DNA from: Podarcis muralis
Taxonomy: Eukaryota
Direction of reading: 5' to 3'
Length of the DNA stretch: 64,000 nucleotides
Assembly (NCBI RefSeq): GCF_964188315.1
Contig: NC_135667.1
Location: 25,234,001 to 25,298,000 of the forward strand
Under the pieces are notes generated by a model. That model was not told where the DNA came from, ran no database searches, and saw only the letters and a program-made list of their open reading frames with translations. The translations under genes and the position numbers were made by a program. Within the stretch, counting starts at the first letter, position 1. Each line of letters begins with the position of its first letter. Positions 48,645 through 59,449 of the stretch are shown here, one piece after another.

Positions 48645-50173
48645 TTCCCCCCTTTCAAGCTCAAGGACCTTGCTTCACACCAAGGTCCTTGATAGCTTGA
48701 TCTTATGCCACATTCCTGAGGTAAGGCTCTGTATAGGGCCATGATATGAGGTAAAGTTTCATTTGAAACCATCTTGCTAATTGTACTTCTAAAACATGAA
48801 ATGATACATGGCATCATACATAAAACCATTACCACTACTGTCAAGAAAAACAAGCAAGACAATAGTATCCCTTTGAGTCCTGTGACATTAGGTAACCAAT
48901 TGGTGAGCCATCCCATATCCCATCCTTCCTTGTGGCCAACACACGGATTGCCTCACCATAATCAGAAATGTTAAAGCAACAGGCATTCCCTGTCAAGTTC
49001 AAGACTCCACATAGACCTCCCTGCTTGGCAAGTACATAATCCATTCCCATTTTCAGCTGCAAAATGGTGGCTCTACTTTCATCCAACTGTTGTGCAATAA
49101 GTCTCAAACTCTGGGCCGTTGCATTGGTTACCAGTTCCACTACTGCTTGCAATCGAATTATTCTGTTTAGATTATAAATAGGATCCCGTGCCCCTTGTAT
49201 GAGCTCACCAGGATTCCAGGAGGCAGGATCATAATAAGCTATAATGCGCTCTGGTGGCCAATCATCAGTACCGCTCCAACTTTGGGTACTTCCTCCTGCT
49301 ATACGAGAAATATCAGCATTCCTTCGTGTTCGCTTAGCTGAACTAGTGGGCATATCCACATTGGTGGTAATACCCATCCCAGGAAACAAGTCCCACTCCA
49401 TTTGGAAGGGAGTTTCTTGTATGCCCATTCTCCACATATCCACCACAACCATCGGGTCTGAGGTTTTTGGTACGTGGAGTACAGAAGGCGAAAATATCAA
49501 AAGAGGCAGAGAGTTCACAGTGCAGTATGTTAGATTGCCTTTTTCTGTCACAGTTATGTTCCATACCACTTTCCATGCATGAATAAAAGGAGGTGCACAG
49601 GGCAAGGTATTCCGAGTTCGATAGGTAGTACCGTGTGCCCAGGTATGACTATTCTTAAAATAATCCCAAGTATAGTGACAATGAGAAGAGCCTATCATGA
49701 TAGAATCAGCTGCATCTGATGATTTATGTACACAGAATTCCCCTTGTACAGGTATAACTCGTAATGGTTTAGTTGAGTTCCATCCGGGGAAATTCTGTAC
49801 TTCTGTTTGGTGTGGCATTTCGCTTACCATACCAATGGCATCTAATGGTATCGGTAATAAGGGCATACCTCCCTCTGAATCATCTGGCCCAAGAGAGCAA
49901 ACAAGGCAATTGGTCCTATTTGCAACATTGGCTACCATTTCAGCTAAACCTACCCACATATTGTGGTCATGGCTGAATCCATATTTAGCAAATTTGGTCA
50001 GATTCAAGGACCCTTCCCCTTACCAAGGGATCAGGATTAATAATAAAATCATGTTGATGTCTAGCATATGCATTCCTTCCACAAAAGATTACCTTATTGT
50101 GATAGCATAAAACTATTAGTCCCAATATAATTCCCCCAGTGACAGAAATGGGGAACCACCAAGACCAAAACAT
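48614..50173 (-). pseudogene. env: Retroviral envelope (gamma-type, ERV3/HERV-R-like), two frameshifts
   Basis: Hydrophobic N-terminal ORF (ATG 50173) is out of frame near 50015. Main ORF 48841-50007 has CLVC (CXXC), furin site RTRR (49321-49332), WPPERIIAYY...LNRIIRLQAVVE and an ISD-like LQLKMGMDYVLAKQGGLC. The TM anchor lies in another frame (48614-48916). Confidence 0.92.
48645..48656 (-). other. Polypurine tract
   Basis: GAAAGGGGGGAA immediately 5' of the 3' LTR on the - strand. Confidence 0.9.
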
Positions 50174-50384
50174 ATATCCCAAGGATCCCCAATGTGTAAT
50201 ATCTCTGATAATTGTTCCACAAGGGGGCAGTCAATCAATTGTATAAGAGAATCTTCCCTTTCACAATCGCTGGTTCAGATGCTCCTCAAGCTTCAGGCGT
50301 GCGCAGGTCAGCCAGCTTCCAGATTGTGGCTGCAGCAGGCCGGTCGTCTAATGTTGCCCGTGACCTAGCCCGTTCCCCGTAGGG

Positions 50385-50885
50385 CTAGATACAGGGGTTT
50401 TTGGAGAGAGTTAGTTTTAAAGGATTAGAGGGGTCACCTTTGCACGTCCAACTGCCTTCGGACTTCTTCAAACGGGAGTGATGAATCCAGGGGGTCACCT
50501 CAGCTACCTTCACCGCTGTTGGAGTAGAGAGCAAGACGGTGTAAGGTCCACGCCACTTAGGTGCAAGTGGATCACGTTTCCACTCTTTCACCCATATGCT
50601 ATGCCAGCCTGGAGCTGATGAATCTGCTCAGCAATGCTGCACGGCGTGTGCTTGAGGGCCCACCTGTTAAGATAAAAAAACAAACAAACACGGGAGAGAG
50701 ACAAAAACACGGGAGAGAGATTGCACTTGTCCCTGTGTCACATGGTCTCCTATTTGTTTGAGGTCAGTTGGAATATCCTGAACAAAGGAGGGCGGCCTCC
50801 CATACAGGAGCTCAAAAGGTGACAACTTAAGTCTTTTGTGGGTGCACACCGAACACGAAACAGTGTTATGGGTAACACATCTACC
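50385..50885 (-). pseudogene. pol: Integrase C-terminal remnant
   Basis: DVLPITLFRVRCAP / KRLKLSPFELLYGRPP / WVKEWKRDPLAPKWRGPYTVLLSTPTAVKV...WIHHSRLK (GPY/F domain), spread over several frames. Confidence 0.9.
50664..50720 (-). promoter_or_regulatory. Candidate env splice acceptor
   Basis: The - strand reads ...ctctctcccgtgtttgtttgtttttttatcttaacAG|gtggg, with AG at 50665-50664. It lies within IN, as in gammaretroviruses. Confidence 0.7.
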
Positions 50886-52215
50886 CTCCTGAGACTTTAG
50901 ACATATTAGTGGGCTTCTGGCATGCCCTGCAGATACCTTGCACAAGCGTCTGGCGGTAGGTGGTAAGCCTGGCCAGGTGAATCGCATTGTTTGGATCCCA
51001 ATTAGGATCTTCCAAGGGAAAGTTATCTTGGAGATGACGGTCAATATTAAAAATATTTCCCACTCTGGCCTGCTCACGCAAATATATCTGTGCCTTTTCA
51101 ATTATGTCTCTTCTTTCCTCAGTGGTGAACAGAGTATTCAGAAGCTGGCGACAATCTGTCCAAGTAGGACTATGAGTATTTACTATTGAAGTCACCAAGT
51201 CCATCATAGCCTGAGGTTTTTCTGCAAAAGATGGGGTGTGTGTTTTCCAATTCATCAGATCCGTAGTTGTGAATGGAATGTACTGAAGGGTCGAAGTTCG
51301 AGGTGGCCTTGGTCCGAGTTGCCCGTTAACCAGCACAGGCTCCTCAAGTGCATCAAATACTCTTCTGAGAGGGGCTACTACGTGATCTTTCTCTTCGCTT
51401 TGCTCTAGGGGCCTCAAATCATAGGGGATGGTATTTGTCCCAAGGCGTTCTTTTAGCAGCTTAATACGCCTGGCTGTATTGCTTGCTGACCGATTAAGGT
51501 CTCCCTGTAACTTCTGTAATAATTCTCTAGGACTTGGATGTACAGGGGTTTGGGGTAGGCAATCAGTTGTTCCACTAAAAGAGACTGTAGATGGAGTTCT
51601 ACTGGGACTCACAGGTGGAATAACCACTTCTGCTTGGGCTTCATTATAGGACTCCAATGCCTCCTGAAGATATTTATCATAATCTATCAAGGAATCAAGT
51701 TCTGTGTCTCTACCCCCATTATTCGTTCCACTTTCTTGCCTTGGGGTTACAACTGGTGGAGGGTTTGAATTAGGCTCCCTTCAATGTGGAGCATAGGGTG
51801 GAGGTGGAAACACCTCTTCCTCTGGTCCCTCAAAAATGGGTTTGAGTTTATTTGGCAAGATTCCTTTCCTAGCTTCGGCTTTTACAGCCAATAATTTGCA
51901 TCGTTGGACTTTGCATTCTCTTATCCATGGAGGATTTTTATTTAATGTGCTCAGCCAGGAATCTATATATGAAAATTGTTCTGGGCACCCTCCAGTTTCT
52001 TTGGTGATGTTAGACCAAAGTTTGCTTACTAAATTTATATCAAAAGTTCCCTGAGATGGCCATCCAGTATTTTGTTTTGGCCATTCTAGTTCACATAACG
52101 TTCTCAAGCGCTCTGGCGTCATTTTGACTCCATATGCCCCTGAGAAGGCTTTCTTAAAATTATTTAACATACATTCAAGAGGTGTATTTCCCCCCTTTGA
52201 ACCCCCAACTCCCAT
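50881..52215 (-). pseudogene. gag: Gag (MA, PPPY region, CA N-terminal domain), with an in-frame TGA and 3' truncation
   Basis: MGVGGSK (myristoylation-type start at 52215), gamma-like MA (LRTLCELEWP...GWPSQGTF) and PPPY, then TGA at 51783-51781. The same frame continues into p30 (PFTTTDLMNWK, PTWTDCRQLLNTLFTTEER, FPLEDPNWDPN) and breaks at KPTNMSKV. Confidence 0.93.
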
Positions 52216-52465
52216 TGTATGGCCCTGTGAAGTATCCACTCAGTCACTCACACACACGCTTCGTGGGTTTCCTTGCCCAGATGGAGTCGCCTCACTGGGA
52301 ACCGAAGTACTACCCACTCCACACTCAGGTCAGCTACAGATTGCTCTGTACTTTCTCACACATACAATGCGCAAGATACTTCACCACACTCTACCTCCCA
52401 TTCTTCCCTTTCCCCCCACCAGACCACCATCTGATATACCCAACCACCTAGCGTACTCAGTTCCC

Positions 52466-52549
52466 ACTTACTGAGACGCAGAAGTTTGATCAAGACTTCT
52501 CTTCCTCCCAATTAATTGGAGGGCCAAAAATCCCTTTGTGCACTTACCC
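52466..52549 (-). promoter_or_regulatory. Two candidate splice donors in the ERV leader
   Basis: GG|GTAAGT with GT starting at 52547, and CA|GTAAGT with GT starting at 52471. Confidence 0.55.
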
Positions 52550-52726
52550 CTTGGTTGGTTCCGTTTCCCCCCGGTCCGTCGCCGCCAGTGGGCAGGGTAT
52601 CAGACAGACGAGACTGCTGCGTTCCCCTGGAAAAATTTTTTCCATTGCGCGCTGGGTAGGCAGTGTGGTCCTCTGTCTTGTACCCCGTCCAGTAAGGCGA
52701 AGGGGCTGCGTTCCAGCAGACCACTG

Positions 52727-52745
52727 ATCCGAGTCGCAGGCACCA
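52727..52745 (-). other. Primer binding site, tRNA-His-like
   Basis: TGGTGCCTGCGACTCGGAT versus TGGTGCCGTGACTCGGAT (complement of the vertebrate tRNA-His 3' end, recalled from memory); 5 nt downstream of the LTR end. Confidence 0.75.
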
Positions 52746-52750
52746 TAAAA

Positions 52751-53899
52751 TGTAGCACCCTGCTTGTGGTTAACGCTTAGCTGGAATGAAATATTCAACG
52801 CAGCAATAGAGAAATTAAAATAATAATTTATTTGTCAGACAAATAAATGAGAGGCACAGTGGTATATGGTTACCAAGCTCTGGCCTGGCCTCCTGCCATT
52901 CTGGCCAGCACTTATATTCCCTTAATCCAGCCCCCTTTGCTCCTCCTTGGGCTGCATCTGTCCAATCAGCCTGGTTGAAATTCCTATTGGCTGCCTGCTA
53001 TATCCAATCACAAAAGATACACCCATATCCTCCTGTCCTTATAAGGGAGACAAAGAGCTATATATTGTTACATCTATAAATGACAAATAAGTAATAATAT
53101 ATCTTACATGGAATCTTAATTACCAGCTCACCTCTTGCCCTCTTTGCCCTATTGCCTTCTAAAACAAATGGTTAATCTTAAATTTTTATCTTAAACATAT
53201 GTCAAGGATCTTGAATTTCACATCAACATTGAAAGATCTACTTCATTTGAAGGTTTCTAAACAAATGTCTGACAGCCATATATCAGGACTGCCCAGATGG
53301 CGTCTTCCTGTCCGGCAGGGGGCTAGGCTCAATGGCCCCTGTGGTCTATTCCAACTCTAGGACTCTATGAAATAAGAATTTAGCATTTCTTTCTTTCTAG
53401 ATCCTTTGCATAATTACATTTAAGCCAGCATATTTCATACATAACATATATAGCTTTTTAGAAGGATAAATCTCCTCAAAGTAAAAGGAAGGAACAGTTT
53501 ACAGCCTCAAAATAAAAGTGAAGAAAAAAGTCTATTCCCCTGTTTACACTCCCCTCCTTCTCCAGCCAGTTGCTTGTTTTCCGTGTGCCCTTGGCCTTTT
53601 GTCCTGTGGCTCAAGTTTAAGAGAGGCCCATGGTATCATTTTACTGTTTACCCACTCTTAATTATGTAGGGTCTGTGTAACCTTGGTCTTCAGCCTGTAA
53701 TTCCAGCTTTTACGATTTTGAGAATTGTTTTCTGCTATAAATCAAGGGGGGCCCCTTGTCTTAGGAGAATGGCCAAGATTTTCTCTGCCTGGCATGAAAC
53801 ATTTGTGAATTTAAGCCCATTTTAGACTTTATGAACCTGATCAAAATATAAGTCAATATAGACCTTGATTAAAAATGCAGTCTATATTCAGATGCCACA
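52751..53899 (-). repeat. ERV 5' LTR (1,149 bp)
   Basis: Same length and apparently the same sequence as 47496-48644. Confidence 0.97.
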
Positions 53900-54196
53900 G
53901 TGTGACTGTTCAACAGACACATGTTCAGAGGAAGCATAAGAGTGGTAGCAAGTCCTGCTTCCGACCTACACATTTGCTAGAACATCAGCATGTTTTCTAC
54001 CAGGTGTGCAGCATTAGTTTTGCTAAACTGGAGCATTGCTCCACCACCCACCCTAATATTTGCACATTTTATATGGATGTTTGAAGTGAAGTGACTAGGC
54101 ACAAGCCAATGCTCTCATCTAGGTGGAATATTGACGTATTCACTGTATTTATGCCATCCAATGCTTGAGGGAACCTAATTCCGCAGGGAAAGTGTT

Positions 54197-54227
54197 GGGA
54201 GCATTCCTCTGATAAAATCCATCAGGG
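54197..54227 (-). promoter_or_regulatory. Degenerate orphan copy of the OR promoter motif
   Basis: GAAAGTGTTGGGA is shared exactly with 47218-47230, followed by gcattcctctgataaaatccatcaggg. Confidence 0.35.
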
Positions 54228-54418
54228 ATAGAATGATAATAAAACAGTGTTGTAGGGAAATTCAGGTCAAAAGACCTTTAGAGAGTTTAAAAGTGCTACA
54301 TGCAGAAATATATTTTCCCTTTTGGTATGGAGATGAAACAGGCAATATCATTACAAATTCATTCATTAGTGCTTGGTAGGGAAGAATCTGTAAATTATGC
54401 TTGGTCTATTAGAACACA

Positions 54419-54782
54419 GGGGACGCGGGTGGCGCTGTGGGTAAAAGCCTCAGCGCCTAGGGCTTGCCGATCGAAAGGTCGGCAGTTCGAATCCCCGCGG
54501 CGGGGTGCGCTCCCGTTGCTCGGTCCCAGCGCCTGCCAACCTAGCAGTTCGAAAGCACCCCCAGGTGCAAGTAGATAAATAGGGACCGCTTACCAGCGGG
54601 AAGGTAAACGGCGTTCTGTGTGCTGCGCTGGCTCGCCAGATGCAGCTTTGTCATGCTGGCCACGTGACCCGGAAGTGTCTCCAGACAGCGCTGGCCCCTG
54701 GCCTCTTAAGTGAGATGGGCGCACAACCCCAGAGTCTGTCAAGACTGGCCCGTACGGGCAGGGGTACCTTTACCTTTACCTT
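54419..54782 (+). mobile_element. Full-length young Sauria-type SINE (364 bp)
   Basis: A-box/B-box-like head, CpG-rich body and (TTTACC)n tail; 12-bp TSD TATTAGAACACA (54407-54418 and 54783-54794). Confidence 0.95.
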
Positions 54783-55257
54783 TATTAGAACACAATGAAT
54801 AGGCATTTGCTAAAGCTACCCTTTTAGGTAAATTCCCATCAGTATTTCTAGTGCAGGTAGACAAGCTTTCAACTCCCACAGTTCTCTTAGGAGGCCTCTC
54901 TCCCACAGCCTTCCTCTCTATTCCCAAAAATGGGGATGGAGAACCTGACCATTGGCAATGCTGCCTTTGGTAAAACAAAACAGAGCAGAGTTTTCATCAT
55001 CACAGAGTAAGCATTAATCAAATGTGAACATTATGGTTCTCAGGTGTGCAATGTTGCAACCACACACTGTTATGGTGCACATCATGGTGCATACCTCAAC
55101 AACAGGTCTGGAGACAAAACTCATTTCTAGTAAGAATACGGGGGCGGGGAGTCAGTAGCTAGAGTCAAGTGCAAAGACACAGTCTGGAATGTGAAATCTG
55201 TGGGCATTTAAGCATTTTCTGGTCTTATAGAATATAGTGAATGTGTATATATGTATG

Positions 55258-55259
<2 letters not shown>

Positions 55260-55297
<38 letters not shown>
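55260..55297. repeat. (TG)n microsatellite
   Basis: Read directly. Confidence 0.95.
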
Positions 55298-55300
<3 letters not shown>

Positions 55301-55344
55301 CACCCCACCTTTATTTATGCCTCAGCTCAATGTAGCATATATGT

Positions 55345-55480
55345 TTCCTTATTTTATCCTCACAACCATATGTGAGGGAGTTTAGATTAAAGAGCAGCGA
55401 TTGTCCCATGGCCACACAGTGAGCTTCATGGCTGAACAAGGACTTGATCCTGAGTATCTTCAGTTCTATTCTGACATTGC
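55345..55480 (-). mobile_element. MIR/CORE-like SINE remnant
   Basis: tttatcctcacaac...gtgagg...cagtgagcttcatggctga pattern. Confidence 0.55.
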
Positions 55481-56429
55481 AACTAATACATTACTGAAAG
55501 GATCTGTGAAACAGGAATGGAATACAAATTTGATTTGCTTCACATTTTAATTTGAATCTAAATAATCCATACTTCCTGAAACAATATTTTAAACAAAATG
55601 CCCCTATCCTTTGAAATCTCTTTAAACTTCTCTGAATTTTGCCATACAGTTCTCCAATAAATAACCTGTACACAAATGTGTATTCTGGGGGAAAGTATAC
55701 CTAGAAATGCATTTTTAGTGAAAATAATGCAGAAATTGCATTCTGTTGGACAAGATTGCTTGTAATAATGTGTATATTAAGGTATATCCTTCATTTTGTG
55801 TTTTATTAAAGCTTTTTTATCCCAACATTCTGGTACAAAAGGCACTTTGCATTTTAAGTCACAATGCCATTTTAAAAACACCTAGCAATATAAAAAGGAA
55901 GCAGCAATTGAAACAAAAAATAGAATCATTATGTGCTACATATAAAATAAAATCTGCAGGAATGAAATGGTATTTTAATAAACAATGAAAAGCCGTGAAG
56001 GGGTGGTGGGCATATCATGTTTCATAATATATCTGCAGCCATTAAGGTTTCCTCTCCTGGTTCCATTCAAGTGTGCTTTTACTGTAAGCTGAAAATTGTC
56101 TTTCTCAACTCTGTTCATTTGAATGATTTGTGTATAGCGCTCCATACCTCTACTCAGAGCAATTTCAGTATAGAATGTTAGGGATACAAATTAAAGAAGA
56201 ACACTGCAAGTCATTAACAAAGAGAGGTTTGACATGAAATACATTGCAGATATGATATCAGGTGTAGGACAGTGGAGCATGGCTTGGCTAAAATGTCCCA
56301 AAGAGTCACAAAATCTTTTGTGTTTGGATTTCATTGAAAAGCTCCATGCTATTCTGGAAGCCTTTAAGTCTTCACTCCACCAGTTAGGACAAATGGACAT
56401 AATTCAATTCAATTTCTCTGGACAATCTT

Positions 56430-56700
56430 AATTTCCAAGAGTAAATGCTTTCTCTTCCCCACCAATGTCTTAACTGCCAATTGCACTTCTACGTTCCGTA
56501 GGCTATAGATGATAGTGTTGAGAGCTGGTGCATTTTGTGAAGTTTGCATATCAGAAATATGGCAAGCAGTTGGTGAAAGATGCTCATGGGAGTAGGGGTG
56601 GCAGTCTCCTGTCCACAGATCCTCTTTTCCAAATAGTGCCAATATCCCTCCCAAGACTGGGGATCCAAGATTAGAGCTATCCATGAAATGTCTAAAAGAA
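56430..56700 (-). pseudogene. Highly degenerate OR pseudogene (TM6-TM7 remnant)
   Basis: PALNTIIYSLRNVEVQLAVK is clear; YSHEH and ALILDPQSWEG are weak upstream remnants in other frames. Confidence 0.6.
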
Positions 56701-57003
56701 CTCTTAGCAGTGAAGGTTTCCATGTTACATCAATCCTTAGCATTGTGGTATTAGTTATTTAAAATACAGAATTACCATCTCTTTTATTCACCTTTCTGTC
56801 ACCTTTGGAACAAAAGTGCCTGAAACATATTGGTTCCCAACGTCATAATGATGGAAGTTAACCAGAGGAATATTTTGAAGAATTCACCTATGAATGACTT
56901 CAGTTCTAAAAAAATTACCAGAATTTGCCTAAAGTGGGATTTTAAGGTACATCTAAGGTTGTGCTCAAGAAATTATCAGTGAAGACAAAATATCTATCAT
57001 CCA

Positions 57004-57080
57004 TCTATCATCTATCGTCTGTCGTCTGTCGTCTGTCGTCTATCGTCTATCGTCTATCATCTATCATCTATCATCTATCA
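57004..57080. repeat. 7-bp tandem repeat TCT(A/G)TC(A/G) x11
   Basis: Read directly. Confidence 0.9.
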
Positions 57081-57435
57081 ATCATCGATCTAATCTAATC
57101 TAATCTATCTACTTTGGATCATGCATACCACTATACTGAAATGATCACATACAAGTTAGTTGATCAAGGTTCCATATTTATTTGCAACTTTCACTACTGG
57201 CAGTTACAAAACAATGCACCATTATTATTATTTTGGAAACTAAGGTTAGAGGACATCACATACCTATCAGGAATATTTAGCATCATATGGTAAAACAGAA
57301 ATCACATGTCTCTCAGCTCATCACACACCGTGTAACATTTTATTTTAAAGAAAGTTCAGTTGTTTTGATCCACCATTTATTAACAGTGTGTCTCAGTTAA
57401 TCTCAGTTCTTGTTAAAGGTCCGAACTTGATAATG

Positions 57436-58368
57436 TTATCTAATTAATAACTTACTTATTGCTCTTTTCACTTCTTTGTTCCGTAGGCTATAAATGATAG
57501 GGTTAAGCGTTGGAGTTATGATATTGTAGAGAACCCCAACAAGCTGGTCCTTTTCCAGTGAGTAGCTGGAGGTAGGTCGAAAATATGTGAATATCCCAGA
57601 GCAGTAGAACAGAATCACAACTGTGACATGAGATACGCAGGTGGAAATGGCCTTGTGACGATGTCCTTTTTGCTGATTGTTGAAAACAGCATGAAGAATC
57701 AACGAGTAGGAGATCAGAGTAAAGAAAAAAGGGCTAAAACCTACAAATACACCCACTGTAAAAAGTGCCACTTCATTAATTGATGTGTCAGAGCATGAAA
57801 TACTCAGCAATGGAGGAATGTCACAGTAAAAATGACTGATCACATTAGATCTGCAGAAAGACAGGCGGAATGTGAGTGCTGTATGGAGAGTAGCATTGAA
57901 GAAGCCACAAGCCCAGGATACTGCAGTCAGCTGGAGACAGGTCCATTTAGTCATGAATCTTGCATAGACCAATGGGTGACATATAGCAAAGTACCGATCC
58001 AAAGCCATAGAGGCAAGAAGAAATCCCTCAGCACCCGCCAATGAGATAAGAAAATACATTTGTGCTGCACAATCCAGTAAGGAAATGTGTGGAGATTGGA
58101 CCCAAAGATCTATGAGCATTTTAGGGAGAGTCACGGAGATGTAACAGATATCTAGGAAGGAGAGATTGCCAAGAAAGAAATACATAGGTGTGTGGAGGGA
58201 CTGATTTAATAGAGACACAGTGATGATGACTGAGTTGCCCAAGAAGCACATAATATACATTGTGAGGAAGAGGATGGTGAGCAAGGACTTCCCTCTTTTA
58301 ATAGTTACAAATCCCAGAAGTACAAATTCTGTTATTGATGTTTGGTTGTTGAAGAAGGATGTGCCCAT
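57436..58368 (-). CDS. Olfactory receptor, class II, intact (310 aa); paralog of 19622-20572
   Basis: Motifs LHTPMYFFL, MALDRYFAIC, HFYCD, KAISTCVSHV and PTLNPIIYSLRNKEV. Confidence 0.95.
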   Translation of the reverse strand: MGTSFFNNQTSITEFVLLGFVTIKRGKSLLTILFLTMYIMCFLGNSVIITVSLLNQSLHTPMYFFLGNLSFLDICYISVTLPKMLIDLWVQSPHISLLDCAAQMYFLISLAGAEGFLLASMALDRYFAICHPLVYARFMTKWTCLQLTAVSWACGFFNATLHTALTFRLSFCRSNVISHFYCDIPPLLSISCSDTSINEVALFTVGVFVGFSPFFFTLISYSLILHAVFNNQQKGHRHKAISTCVSHVTVVILFYCSGIFTYFRPTSSYSLEKDQLVGVLYNIITPTLNPIIYSLRNKEVKRAISKLLIR

Positions 58369-59449
58369 GGTGTCTTATCTGAATATTACAGTTAGGAGAG
58401 TGCTATTTTAGAAATTTCAGTACTATTCAGCATTATCAGTGAAAGCTTTCCAGGTATAATGCAGCTATATAGACTGTATCACCTTCATGGCTTTCCGTAT
58501 GCAACAAATTCCACTGTGTGGTTGTACCTGAAAAGCAAATTGTTACACTCACTGTCCATGAGCAAATATCACACGTATCAAGGTTAACAGGATTTGCTAC
58601 CCTCTCCCCTTATATGCTTAGGTCAGTTTGATCTTTTTAGGACTCAAACTCCTGCCCTCAGTTTCATAGACCAACCATCACCAGTTCTTCTTTACATTTG
58701 TTAAGATCAGTCTTAATGACCTTGCAGCTGAGCTTTCCATGCAACTTCTGGTTGCTGCCAAAACTGTGTTAACCACATATTGGAAAGCTCCTACATTACC
58801 ACCCGTTGGAGGATGGCTTATTAAATAAATAAATAAATAAATGCATAAATGTTGGGATAGATAAGCTGATGTTATAGATAAAATTGCATTATTACCCGAG
58901 GAAAAAATAAACCAGTTCCTCCAGTTTCAGGGTGTGTGTTTTCGTATGGGAGAATCAAACCATTTTTTAACACACTAGAATTTACACTAAAATTTTGTCC
59001 CATTGCATATAATTTGTTTGTGTAAATATGATAATAGAGTAGGAAAATATTGACCAGTCCAGCCCATACCATGGCTTCCTGGCAGGAAGTATGCATTCTG
59101 TGATATGCAGACCACAGGCACCGTCTCAAGTGAAGTTATCGGGAGTTTCAAAAGAATTTATATTTTGATGCCTCTGACCACATCATGGACACTTCCACAA
59201 AGAAAAAGATAGCAAGAGGTTTGATGAGAGTGCACACTATTTGTGTGCTCTTAGAAATAACATGTAATAACTATCCCTATCATTCCTCCCTATGAAACAT
59301 ACTTCTTTCATTTTCTATTAATACAAAGCACAAACACTCAGTTCTTATTCTTTCATACTTCAAAGAGCAAATTCAGAGGATGTCAAACATAGCCAACTTA
59401 CACAAAAATGCTCTCTGGCCACCAGAGAAGTACTATTTCTTATTTTAAA

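Larger units (their letters stand above)
47496..53899 (-). mobile_element. Gamma-like endogenous retrovirus, defective provirus (6,404 bp)
   Basis: Two LTRs with TG...CA ends, 4-bp TSD GTGT (47492-47495 and 53900-53903), PBS, PPT, and gag, IN C-terminus and env remnants in retroviral order. Confidence 0.97.

Noticed and set aside
48614-50173. env as a domesticated syncytin-like gene
   Set aside because: As assembled it has two frameshifts and lies in a young provirus, with no sign of long-term conservation.
47496-53899. Autonomous retrovirus
   Set aside because: PR, RT, RNase H and most of IN are deleted, and gag is interrupted.
54419-54500. tRNA gene
   Set aside because: The A/B-box-like head belongs to a SINE with a tail and TSD; no complete cloverleaf is evident.
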